Origin: Candidatus Kaiserbacteria bacterium
Lineage (GTDB): Bacteria; Patescibacteriota; Minisyncoccia; Phycocordibacterales; UBA2100
DNA length: 64,000 nt
NCBI GenBank assembly: GCA_028286865.1
Contig: JAQBQU010000017.1
Location: 14,395 to 78,394, forward strand
Direction of reading: 5' to 3'
Shown piece by piece: positions 7,650 through 16,639 of the stretch; within the stretch, counting starts at the first letter, position 1, and each line of letters begins with the position of its first letter. Under the pieces are notes generated by a model. It was not told the origin of the DNA. It saw nothing but the letters and a program-made list of their open reading frames with translations, and ran no database searches. Position numbers and translations under genes: made by a program.

Positions 7650-9374
7650 ATGCGGAGTATGAGAAGCACTCTGATACTCCGTGCCCGCATTTTGTGCGGC
7701 TTCTTTATTTGTGCGGCGATCCTGCTCGTCGTCCGACTCTACTTCGTGCAGATCGTGCACGGCGAGGAATATACGAAAGACGCGACGGGCCAATATACCG
7801 AATTCGCGCCCGACACCGCGGCGCGCGGAGATATCTATTTTACGACCAAGGACGGCACCCCCGTAGCGGCGGCCGTGATGCAATCCGGATGGCGCATTGC
7901 CATCACCCCGAAGATGATCACGGATCCCGCGCAGGTCTATACGCAGCTCAATGCCATCACTCCGATCGACCACCAGAAATTCGTCGCGAGTGCGGCCAAA
8001 ACATCAGACCCCTACGAAGAAGTGGCGTTCCGCGTGGACAATGCCGCAGCGCTCAAGATCAAGGCGCTCAAGATCCCGGGGGTGCTTTTGGTGCAGGACG
8101 AATGGCGTAATTACCCGGCCGCAGGTCTTGCCGCGCAGGCCATCGGCTTCGTGGGCTACAAAGGTGACACCAAAGTGGGCGTGTACGGACTCGAGAAGCA
8201 GTGGAACGATACATTGGTCGAGACCTCGTCGGGTCTCTACGTGAATCCCTTCGCGGAAATATTCACCAATCTGCAGGATGTCCTTTCTACCGACCCCGCA
8301 TCTCACGAGGGAAGCATCATCACCTCTATCGAGCCGACGGTGCAGGCCCAGCTCGAAAAGACGCTCGATGATGTGATGCGTACCTACACGCCGAATCTCG
8401 CGGGCGGCATCATCATGGACCCGCATACCGGCGAGATCGTTGCCATCGGTGCTCGTCCGTCGTTCGACCCTAATACGTATAACACCGTTGATGATCCGGC
8501 CGTATTCGACGACCCGCTCGTCGAGGGCCGCTACGAGCTCGGCAGCATTATGAAGCCGCTGACCATGGCGACCGGTATCGATGCCGGTGCCGTGACGGAG
8601 CAGACGACCTACAACGACACCGGATGCATCATGCGGTCGGGCAAAAAAGTGTGTAACTTCGACTTCAAGGCACGCGGCGTGATACCGGTGCAGGAAATTT
8701 TGAATCAATCGCTCAACGTGGGGGCCACCTATGTGGCGGAGACGACCGGGCACGGTGTATTCACAAGCTATATAAAGAAGCTCGGTTTCGGGGAAAAGAC
8801 GGGGGTGGATCTGCCGGGAGAGATCTCGGGCAATATCGCACAGCTTGGCGAGGGCAACGGGCCCGATGTGAATTATGCTGCGGCATCATTCGGGCAGGGC
8901 ATCTCGGTCACACCGATCGAAATGATCCGCGCGCTGGCAACGCTCGCCAACGGCGGGAAGCTCCCAAATCCCCATGTCGTGACGGGAATTCGTTTTGATA
9001 ACGGCGTCACGCGCACTATTCCCACCGCGCCCGAGACACAGGTGTACAAACAGTCGACGACCGACACGCTCACCAACATGCTCACGACCGTGTATGACAA
9101 GGCGCTCCTGAAGGGGGCCATCAAGCTCGACCATTATTCTATCGCGGCGAAAACCGGTACCGCGCAGATCGCGATCCCCGGACAGGGCTATTACACCGAC
9201 CGCTACTTGCACTCGTTCTTCGGATACTTTCCGGCGCACGACCCGCGCTTCATCATCTTCCTCTTTGCGGTCAATCCGCACGGACAGGAATATGCCTCCG
9301 CGACCCTCGCGCGACCCTTCTTCGGCATCGCCCAGTTCATGATAAATTACTACGATATCCCGCCCGATAGGTGA
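7650..9374 (+). CDS. ftsI: Class B penicillin-binding protein (FtsI/PBP2)
   Basis: RGDI, YELGSIMK (SxxK), SLN (SxN), KTGTAQ. Confidence 0.93.
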   Translation: MRSMRSTLILRARILCGFFICAAILLVVRLYFVQIVHGEEYTKDATGQYTEFAPDTAARGDIYFTTKDGTPVAAAVMQSGWRIAITPKMITDPAQVYTQLNAITPIDHQKFVASAAKTSDPYEEVAFRVDNAAALKIKALKIPGVLLVQDEWRNYPAAGLAAQAIGFVGYKGDTKVGVYGLEKQWNDTLVETSSGLYVNPFAEIFTNLQDVLSTDPASHEGSIITSIEPTVQAQLEKTLDDVMRTYTPNLAGGIIMDPHTGEIVAIGARPSFDPNTYNTVDDPAVFDDPLVEGRYELGSIMKPLTMATGIDAGAVTEQTTYNDTGCIMRSGKKVCNFDFKARGVIPVQEILNQSLNVGATYVAETTGHGVFTSYIKKLGFGEKTGVDLPGEISGNIAQLGEGNGPDVNYAAASFGQGISVTPIEMIRALATLANGGKLPNPHVVTGIRFDNGVTRTIPTAPETQVYKQSTTDTLTNMLTTVYDKALLKGAIKLDHYSIAAKTGTAQIAIPGQGYYTDRYLHSFFGYFPAHDPRFIIFLFAVNPHGQEYASATLARPFFGIAQFMINYYDIPPDR

Positions 9375-9379
9375 TCTCC

Positions 9380-10666
9380 ATGCAATTTCTCAAGCAATGC
9401 GTCATTTTGATACTCACGTGGGAAGCGCGCCTGGTGCTGCTTCGACACAAGCCGCGTATCATCGCGGTGACCGGGTCTGTCGGTAAGACGACCACCAAGG
9501 ACGCGATATTCAGCGCGCTCGCCGGTGTTGAGCACGTCCGCAAGAGCGCCAAGAGTTTCAACAGTGATGTCGGTGTACCGCTCACCATACTCGGTCTCGA
9601 CAATGCATGGAGCAATCCGTTCAAATGGCTCATCAATATCTTCAAGGGCGCGCTCGTGATCGTACAGAGCGATTATCCGAAATGGCTCGTGCTCGAAGTG
9701 GGCGCCGACCGACCGGGAGATATCAAGCGCATTGCGCAGTGGCTGCGCCCCGATATTGCGGTCATTACCGGTGTCCCTGAAATACCGGTGCATGTGGAAT
9801 ATTTTAATTCTCCCGAAGATGTGGTGCGCGAGAAGCGCGCGCTGGCGGAGCACCTGAAGCCGGGCGGCAAGCTCATCCTCAACGGCGACGATGCGCGCAT
9901 GCGCGAGATCCACGGCGCATTCCGCGGGTACAGCGTCACCTACGGCATCGAGAACAACAACGAATTTTTCGCATCGCACGAAGAAGTGCTCTACGAGAAC
10001 GGACTGCCCGCAGGCATGCAGTTCCGCGTCGACCACAAAGGCTCATCGGTGCCGGTCTCGGTTTACGGAGCGCTCGGCCGTCCGCGCATCTATGCCGCAC
10101 TTGCGGCCATCGCGGTGGCTGATGTGGTCGGCATCGACACGGTGACTGCCGCGAGTGCACTCGCCGGATGGGAAGCACCGCCGGGTCGTGTGCGTATCAT
10201 CCAAGGTATGAAAGGAAGCATGCTTATCGATGATACGTATAATTCTTCTCCATCCGCGGCGCTTGCGGCACTCGATACACTGCGGGACACGAGAGCGACA
10301 CGTCGCATCGCCGTCCTCGGCGACATGCTCGAGCTCGGCAAATATTCTAAAGAGGCGCACAAGCAAGTGGGCGAGCGAGCGGCATCATGCGCGGATATTC
10401 TGATCACCATCGGATTCCGGGCCCGCGCGATGGCAGAAGGCGCGCTCGACGGCGGTATGCGGGATGAGAGCATCCGGCAATACGAGCGCGACGACTCAGC
10501 CCGCGCGACCGATGAGCTTCTGGCACAGGTGAAAGAAGGCGATGTCATTCTGGTAAAGGGCTCGCAAGGTATGCGTATGGAGCGTATTGTGCGCGCGCTC
10601 ATGAACGACCCCGAGCAGGCGCCCGATCTTCTGGTCCGCATGGACCGCGAGTGGCAATTTAAATGA
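9380..10666 (+). CDS. murF: UDP-MurNAc-tripeptide--D-Ala-D-Ala ligase
   Basis: VTGSVGKTTTK, DDTYNSSP, LGDMLELG, VKGS. Confidence 0.95.
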   Translation: MQFLKQCVILILTWEARLVLLRHKPRIIAVTGSVGKTTTKDAIFSALAGVEHVRKSAKSFNSDVGVPLTILGLDNAWSNPFKWLINIFKGALVIVQSDYPKWLVLEVGADRPGDIKRIAQWLRPDIAVITGVPEIPVHVEYFNSPEDVVREKRALAEHLKPGGKLILNGDDARMREIHGAFRGYSVTYGIENNNEFFASHEEVLYENGLPAGMQFRVDHKGSSVPVSVYGALGRPRIYAALAAIAVADVVGIDTVTAASALAGWEAPPGRVRIIQGMKGSMLIDDTYNSSPSAALAALDTLRDTRATRRIAVLGDMLELGKYSKEAHKQVGERAASCADILITIGFRARAMAEGALDGGMRDESIRQYERDDSARATDELLAQVKEGDVILVKGSQGMRMERIVRALMNDPEQAPDLLVRMDREWQFK

Positions 10667-10722
10667 TCTCCGCATTGTTTAAGGCGAGCGTGTATAATGC
10701 AGACTGAAACGGAGGGAAGAAC

Positions 10723-10890
10723 ATGTATCAGCCGAATGTGCCACGGCGCAGTATTCAGTCGATCGAAGATCGGCGACGCGAACAGTTCCAGGAGGGTCTT
10801 CGTCGGGTGGCTCGCGAGCAAGATGCGGCGAGCCGCAAACGTCCCGCTCGGGCATCTGCCACGCGCAAGAAGCGCGTACGCTCAAACTAG
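10723..10890 (+). CDS. Small Arg-rich hypothetical protein (55 aa)
   Basis: TGTATAAT -10, GGAGGG SD, MYQPNVPRRSIQSIEDRRREQFQEGLRR...RKKRVRSN*, then terminator; below ORF-track cutoff. Confidence 0.6.
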   Translation: MYQPNVPRRSIQSIEDRRREQFQEGLRRVAREQDAASRKRPARASATRKKRVRSN

Positions 10891-10916
10891 CTCATTTATT
10901 TTATGAGCGACAAAAT

Positions 10917-10946
10917 AAAAACGCGGGCCACTAAGCCCGCGTTTTA
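10917..10946. terminator. Bidirectional intrinsic terminator
   Basis: AAAACGCGGGC-CACTAA-GCCCGCGTTTT. Confidence 0.75.
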
Positions 10947-10961
10947 ATTTTTGGTCGTTGC

Positions 10962-11954
10962 CTAATGACGGAAGTGCCGTACCCCTGTCATCACCATGGC
11001 GATGCCGTGCTTGTTGGCCGCCTCAATGACCGCCTCATCCTTCTTTGAGCCGCCGGGCTGAATGACGCAGGTCGCGCCTGCATTGACGACCTCATCCAAG
11101 CCGTCCGCGAAGGGGAAGAACGCATCGGATGCCGCGACAGAGCCGTGAGTGCGCACTTTGAGCTCTTTGGCCGCGCGCCCTGCATCCATAGCCTTTCGTG
11201 CGCCGGTGATCGCGGCATCCACACGGCTGACCTCACCGCCGCCGATGCCGACCGTGGCGCCGCCTTTGGCGTACACGATCGCGTTGGACCTCACATGCTT
11301 TGCGACGGTGAATGCAAAACGCATGTCGGACATCTCGTGCTCTGTCGGCTGCTTGAGCGTGACCACGCGCATCTCGTCGCCGAAGACGATAGAGTCGCGC
11401 GTCTGTGCCACGATCCCGCCGGCGACGCAGGTGTACACGAGCCCGTCCGCTTGCGGAGGTGATATTCCTCCCGCGACCAAAAGGCGGATGTCCGGCTTCT
11501 GCTGCAGTGCACGGATCGCCGCTTCGGATGCATAGGGCGTGATGATGACTTCCACGAAGCCCTCCATCATGATCCTTGCAAGCTTTTCATCGAGCAGACG
11601 GTTGATGGCGATGACGCCGCCGAATGCCGAAAGCGGATCGCAGGTGCGCGCTCGGATGAAGGCGGTCATCTGGTCGGCACTTATTGCTGCGCCGCACGGC
11701 GTTTTGTGCTTCACGATGACGCATGCAGGAGTGCTGAACTCGGCGACGCACTCATATGCAGAGTCGGCATCGGTGATGTTGTTTTGCGACAACTCCTTGC
11801 CTTGCATGACCTTCGAGTTGATGACGCAGAATCGCTTTTCGCCGGTGAGATATATCGCCGCGGACTGATGCGGGTTCTCACCATAGCGGAGCATCTGCTT
11901 GCGCACGAGGCTCAGGTTCAGTGTTTCGGGGAAGATCTTGTCGGCTTGTTCCAT
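10962..11954 (-). CDS. purH: PurH AICAR transformylase domain only (no IMP cyclohydrolase domain)
   Basis: [50 protein letters not shown]; 330 aa. Confidence 0.9.
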   Translation of the reverse strand: MEQADKIFPETLNLSLVRKQMLRYGENPHQSAAIYLTGEKRFCVINSKVMQGKELSQNNITDADSAYECVAEFSTPACVIVKHKTPCGAAISADQMTAFIRARTCDPLSAFGGVIAINRLLDEKLARIMMEGFVEVIITPYASEAAIRALQQKPDIRLLVAGGISPPQADGLVYTCVAGGIVAQTRDSIVFGDEMRVVTLKQPTEHEMSDMRFAFTVAKHVRSNAIVYAKGGATVGIGGGEVSRVDAAITGARKAMDAGRAAKELKVRTHGSVAASDAFFPFADGLDEVVNAGATCVIQPGGSKKDEAVIEAANKHGIAMVMTGVRHFRH

Positions 11955-12081
11955 GGCTTTCCTCGCCTGGCTGGAGTGAAGGTTCCTTATTGCACTCTAC
12001 CCTCGGCGGCAGGGAATTCAAAACGTGCCTTATCAGCTCTTCCGTTTTGTTGGCTTATACATTACAATCGCTCAGTCAGCA

Positions 12082-12153
12082 GGCCCCATCGTCTATCGGC
12101 TAGGACACATCCTTCTCAAGGATGGAAGCGGGGTTCGATTCCCCGTGGGGTCA
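12082..12153 (+). tRNA. tRNA-Glu(CTC)
   Basis: GGCCCCA/TGGGGTC acceptor, CATCC-TT-CTC-AA-GGATG anticodon arm. Confidence 0.95.
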
Positions 12154-12207
12154 AAATTTTAAGCGAAGCGTATTTTGAACCCAAGTAGGGTTCGGGGAAC
12201 CCTACGT

Positions 12208-12297
12208 CGGGGAATCGAAAGACGGAGCAGCTTGGCTGCGAGTCGGGGTCGCGCAAAATTGCAGCTGCAATTTATGTGTGACCGATTCCCCGTGGGG
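12208..12297 (+). repeat. tRNA-trailer structured element, copy 4, bracketed by inverted and direct copies of the tRNA T-arm
   Basis: CGGGGAATCGAA-AGACGGAGCAGCTTGGCTGCGAG...TGTGTGAC-CGATTCCCCGTGGGG. Confidence 0.85.
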
Positions 12298-12355
12298 AGA
12301 GAAATCGAACTGCAGGAGACACTCGGGAACCGTGTTAGCATAATTTGAAAGAAAT

Positions 12356-12940
12356 ATGCTGCTGTCGCTTTTCTATTTCTCGTTGGTTTGGCTCGCCGCA
12401 ATTTATCTTTTCAACTGTGCTCTAGTTAGAAAGTTCAAGGTTATCCATATCGAAACAGCCCTTCTCTATATCTCCTCGGTAATGCTTTTGGGAGTCTTCG
12501 GAGAAGTATTGATCGACAGCCTTTATAAAGCTGTCTTTAAAATCCCGCTATGGGAATATCATTTACTTCCCATACACAATGCTTTTACTTCTTACTACTC
12601 ATTGTTCATATGGGGCATGTATGGATTTCACCTTTACCTTCTACATCACAGTTTGAATGGGCGAATACGTACAGGATGGGGCTTGGCAGCAATCGTAACT
12701 GCGGAAGCAATTGTGCTCGAAGTCCTTTTCAATCTCACGTCTTTGGCAGTGTTTCATCAATATATTTTCTATTATCTACCGAACGACCTCTGGCACATAA
12801 CCTCAGTACAAGTTATGCCAGTGTACTTCTTGGCAGGATTTCTTGTGGTGAGATTGACCAGAAGTGCCAAAGTTGACCCATGGTTCTTTACATTAACTAA
12901 CGCGGTCCTCGTGTTCGTGTTAGTTTTCCTAACCTCATAA
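12356..12940 (+). CDS. AT-rich multi-pass membrane protein
   Basis: About 6 hydrophobic segments, LWEY motif; visibly lower GC than flanks. Confidence 0.75.
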   Translation: MLLSLFYFSLVWLAAIYLFNCALVRKFKVIHIETALLYISSVMLLGVFGEVLIDSLYKAVFKIPLWEYHLLPIHNAFTSYYSLFIWGMYGFHLYLLHHSLNGRIRTGWGLAAIVTAEAIVLEVLFNLTSLAVFHQYIFYYLPNDLWHITSVQVMPVYFLAGFLVVRLTRSAKVDPWFFTLTNAVLVFVLVFLTS

Positions 12941-13057
12941 CCTGGTCTCAACTATCTTCCCAAGCTCCTGCCATTGATACAGTTCCGTCAACAATTGGTT
13001 CCAATTCCATCCCCGTGGGAGCTCGTGCCCGTAGCGAAAATGCTAAAATAGCTCTAT

Positions 13058-13416
13058 ATGAAAGACGAGAGAAACCACCGCATCTATACAATGAGTGTCG
13101 CGAGAGTCTATCCGCTTTATATAAAAAGGTAGAGAAAAAGGGGCGCACCAAGAAAGAGGTGGATACCGTCATTAAGTGGCTGACAGGCTATACCCAAAAA
13201 GAATTGGGGGCGGAATTAAAAAAAGAGACGGACTTCGAGACATTCTTTGCGAATGCGCCCCATATGAATCCCGCGCGGCGATTGGTGACCGGCGTTGTCT
13301 GTGGCGTAAGAGTGGAAGACATCAAGGAGCCCACCATGCAGGCAATTCGCTATATGGATAAGTTGGTGGATGAGATCGCAAAGGGAAAGGCGATGGAGAA
13401 GATACTGCGTGAGTAA
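13058..13416 (+). pseudogene. DUF2200 family protein, frameshifted
   Basis: [23 protein letters not shown] in one frame, [13 protein letters not shown]...WLTGY...GVVCGVRVE...RYMDKLVDE in another; shift at A5 run 13123-13127. Confidence 0.8.
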
Positions 13417-13448
13417 CGACCCGATATTTTCAGGTATACAATAGCCAT

Positions 13449-14327
13449 ATGTCGTTCAGTTTTGAACACGGCCGTCATGTGGCACAGCAGAGGAGGTCAG
13501 AAGGCATTCCTGCTCAAAAAGAGGGAAATAATGATGTAGAGACATTGCGGGCGCACAAAAAAGCCAAGAAAATATTAGAAAGCCCGGTATACAAAGTGTC
13601 TCCGAACGAGTTCGTGAAAAAATACGGCAAAGAGGTGGTCGATAGTGATACCGCCTTCGCGCAAGCGAAGCGTCAGGAATTTGAAGCCAGTGACACCGAG
13701 CGGCAGAAAGAGGCGTACGTACTCGCGGAAATATTCGAGGCGATACTCCTCACCGAAGGCCAGGAATCAAAATGGCTCGGTGACGACGTGAAGATACTGA
13801 AAGCATCGGATTATGACGACATCAGAAATCGAGTAGATCTCATCGCGGAGTGGCGCGGACAGGACGCTCACACACTTGGTCTTGCGGTCGACGTCACGTT
13901 CGGTCCGACGACGCTTGAGAAGAAATTCCAGCATATTCAGGATGATGTCGATAAAGGACGTCTGGGTCGGCTGAAATACGCACACAGCGAGCAGACGAGC
14001 GTACCGCGTGTCGTGATCGGTATGAGCAAGGAGACCGTGAAGGAACTCATGAGCCTCTGGCTCGAAGAAGATATCGGGGCACTCGCGGAACATCCTATAC
14101 AGCGCGTACTTCTTGAGCAGATATTCTCTCAGCTGCAGACGATATCGCGATACGCGCGGGCCAACGGCAATGCACACATCGCCGATGCGTATGAGCGGTC
14201 ACTCGCGCCCATCAGAAGACTTTTGAGTACCAAGATGTCGATCCCACTCGATACCATGCAAAGTGATTCTGTCTCGCTCGGCATAGCGCAGCAGCTTGAG
14301 AAGCGATTTACCACTTTAAAACGATAG
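13449..14327 (+). CDS. Hypothetical protein, possible PD-(D/E)xK-like fold
   Basis: 292-aa ORF; FEAIL...SDYDDIRNRVDLI...AVDVT acidic motifs. Confidence 0.75.
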   Translation: MSFSFEHGRHVAQQRRSEGIPAQKEGNNDVETLRAHKKAKKILESPVYKVSPNEFVKKYGKEVVDSDTAFAQAKRQEFEASDTERQKEAYVLAEIFEAILLTEGQESKWLGDDVKILKASDYDDIRNRVDLIAEWRGQDAHTLGLAVDVTFGPTTLEKKFQHIQDDVDKGRLGRLKYAHSEQTSVPRVVIGMSKETVKELMSLWLEEDIGALAEHPIQRVLLEQIFSQLQTISRYARANGNAHIADAYERSLAPIRRLLSTKMSIPLDTMQSDSVSLGIAQQLEKRFTTLKR

Positions 14328-14433
14328 GCGCAAAAAAATTCGAGCACTCGATTTTAGAGTATCCATAAGGTCAGAATAAAAAAGAAATCGTCCAACCAAG
14401 TGAATCGATTGAACGACTCCTTTTGTTGAACGA

Positions 14434-15033
14434 TTAGTTGCTCGTGGCGGGCTCGCGGCGAAGATCAAGCGATCTGATCACGTCGAGGGCGCGGTTGAAC
14501 CGGTCGCGATCTTGTTTGTAGATCGCCATAATAGCGAAGGACGGAACTCCGGCCCAGAAGAGCATCAGCATGCTGGCGACACCGTAGCCGCCGCTTGCTA
14601 AATAGTATCCGAGCAAGCCGAAGGCTGCGAACCCGAGACACATAACCCACAGCCCGCTTACTGGAAGCTCCATCGTCGAGCCCGCGTCCTCGTGCTCTGC
14701 CTTTTCTTGTGCGGTGGCAGAATCGGACACCTTGAGCTCCCAGCATTCTAAAATGCCGGAGCGCTCATGGCTGTTGTAGATCATGCGTTCGACCCAGTGC
14801 GGATAGGTCGAAGTCGAAAACCACAACACCCAGAAATTTGCATTCGTACCGATGTTCTGAGCCTCGACAAGTGTTTTGGGGAGAGCAAGGGAGTAATCCC
14901 CATCGACGAGCTTTTGACCGTCGAAGGTAAATTCATCCCCGGGCTTTGCATCCAAAAGCTGCTTCGCTCCCGGCCCCTTTTTTACGAGAGCCAAGTCGTA
15001 GCGCCGCTTGTAGCGTCCCTGATGGGTGGTCAT
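14434..15033 (-). CDS. Hypothetical membrane protein (2 C-terminal TMs)
   Basis: GGAGG SD; perfect TTGACA-N17-TATAAT promoter at 15161-15133. Confidence 0.75.
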   Translation of the reverse strand: MTTHQGRYKRRYDLALVKKGPGAKQLLDAKPGDEFTFDGQKLVDGDYSLALPKTLVEAQNIGTNANFWVLWFSTSTYPHWVERMIYNSHERSGILECWELKVSDSATAQEKAEHEDAGSTMELPVSGLWVMCLGFAAFGLLGYYLASGGYGVASMLMLFWAGVPSFAIMAIYKQDRDRFNRALDVIRSLDLRREPATSN

Positions 15034-15132
15034 ACGACCCTCCGTTTTCGAAGAACGAGCTGGAAAGGGAGCTCACCCTCTTATCCGGCATACACCGGAC
15101 GTCCTGTTCTTATGAACAGAATTCCACTCCTG

Positions 15133-15161
15133 ATTATATGCTTGAACAACAAATTTGTCAA
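15133..15161 (-). promoter_or_regulatory. Consensus sigma70 promoter
   Basis: TTGACA-AATTTGTTGTTCAAGCA-TATAAT on minus strand. Confidence 0.8.
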
Positions 15162-15253
15162 TTAGTCAAGTTTCGAGTCATCCTTTCCATAGACGATATT
15201 GAATTCTAATGGATCTCATATCGATACTTAGTAGTAAATGGTAATCTTTTCCC

Positions 15254-15841
15254 ATGGATCTGAAGATCGTCCTCGGAACGATCGCGGCACTGCTCGCGTT
15301 CTTCAGCTCGTATTTGTACATTCTCGATATCTTCCGAGGCAACACCAAGCCACACACCTATACCTGGCTTATCTGGGCGATCGTCACGATGATCGCGTTC
15401 CTCGGACAATGGGTTTCCGGCGGCGGACCCGGCTCGTGGGCAACAGGAGTGTCGGCGCTTCTCACCACTTTTATATTGTTACTTTCGCTCAAGGGTGGCT
15501 ACGGCACGAAAGACATCACCAATTTCGATAAGGTCTGTCTCGCCCTTGCCTTGATCGCGATCCTGCCGTGGCTCTTAGCAAAGAGCGTCTTGTGGTCGGT
15601 CATACTTGCGACCGCGATCGATCTCATCGCGTTCTTCCCGACGATGCGGAAGACCTGGCATGCGCCACGCAGCGAGTCTCTCGGATCGATGTATGTCGAC
15701 AGCGTGAAGCACTCATTGTCGATGTTCTCCATGAACAGTTATTCTTTGATCAATCTCATCTATCCCGCCTCGGTGCTACTGACAAAATTCATAATAATTG
15801 TTGAGATCGTCTATCTGCGAGCGATACGCAAGACCCGGTAG
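15254..15841 (+). CDS. Multi-pass membrane protein (PQ-loop-like)
   Basis: Y..DI..G.TKPH..TWLIW and PTMRKTW..P.SE repeat-like halves. Confidence 0.75.
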   Translation: MDLKIVLGTIAALLAFFSSYLYILDIFRGNTKPHTYTWLIWAIVTMIAFLGQWVSGGGPGSWATGVSALLTTFILLLSLKGGYGTKDITNFDKVCLALALIAILPWLLAKSVLWSVILATAIDLIAFFPTMRKTWHAPRSESLGSMYVDSVKHSLSMFSMNSYSLINLIYPASVLLTKFIIIVEIVYLRAIRKTR

Positions 15842-15845
15842 CGGT

Positions 15846-16355
15846 ATGACCTCTGCGAGTGCGGTACTTTTATCGCTCGCGGCATACCTCTTCTTTTGTA
15901 AGCTCTGGCCCTTCGTTTTCTATCCCAACTATCTCCGAAAAGCGAAGATCGAAACGTATCCGGAATTAACGGAACTGGCAGCACGCTTGAAGGGGAGCGA
16001 CAGAGTAGAGACCTTGAGAAGCGCGTATGCATATATGCAGGACACCTACACGGGATACCGCGAGATCTGGCGCATTAAGAATTTGCGTACGCTGATACGG
16101 ATCGGCGACTTCTCTACCGAGAAGATATTGAGCCGGAAACAATTCCTCTGGTGTCATACGCAGAACAGACTACTCAAGTCCATCCTGGTACATACCGGAG
16201 ACTTTACGGAAAAGGAGATCGTGATCAAAAGGGTATTTGACAGATCGTTCTTCATACATCAATGGCTGTCGGTACAGGCAAACAAGCATATATATACCGT
16301 TGATCCGCACTGCGGGATCTTTGAAGAGCATCATGAGGCATTCATAAATGCTTAA
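15846..16355 (+). CDS. Membrane-anchored transglutaminase-like protein
   Basis: N-terminal TM; WCHTQN...IHQWL...VDP Cys-His-Asp triad pattern. Confidence 0.6.
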   Translation: MTSASAVLLSLAAYLFFCKLWPFVFYPNYLRKAKIETYPELTELAARLKGSDRVETLRSAYAYMQDTYTGYREIWRIKNLRTLIRIGDFSTEKILSRKQFLWCHTQNRLLKSILVHTGDFTEKEIVIKRVFDRSFFIHQWLSVQANKHIYTVDPHCGIFEEHHEAFINA

Positions 16356-16438
16356 CGATTGCTTCATTCGCGTATTGATATTTTGCATACAAGGTCGATT
16401 TTATTTTGTGCACGTTTAATTCAATAAACAAAAAACAT

Positions 16439-16585
16439 ATGACATCGAATAATAAAGACAATCAGAAGAATCAGAACCAGAATCGCGATCAGGGTGCGCA
16501 GGGCCAGGGTCAGGACAATAACCAGAACTCGAGCAAGAATCAGCAGGATTCAACGCGCGATTCGCAGGATCGAGACAATCAATAG
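16439..16585 (+). CDS. 48-aa Asn/Gln-rich low-complexity peptide
   Basis: MTSNNKDNQKNQNQNRDQGAQGQGQDNNQNSSKNQQDSTRDSQDRDNQ*; A-rich leader and following hairpin. Confidence 0.65.
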   Translation: MTSNNKDNQKNQNQNRDQGAQGQGQDNNQNSSKNQQDSTRDSQDRDNQ

Positions 16586-16639
16586 CGGATCACAAGACGC
16601 CGGCGAGCGATCGCCGGTGTCTTATGACTGCGTATCTCT

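Noticed and set aside
11955-12080. ZMP/ZTP riboswitch upstream of purH
   Set aside because: No recognisable pfl-motif consensus; short region shared with the divergent tRNA promoter
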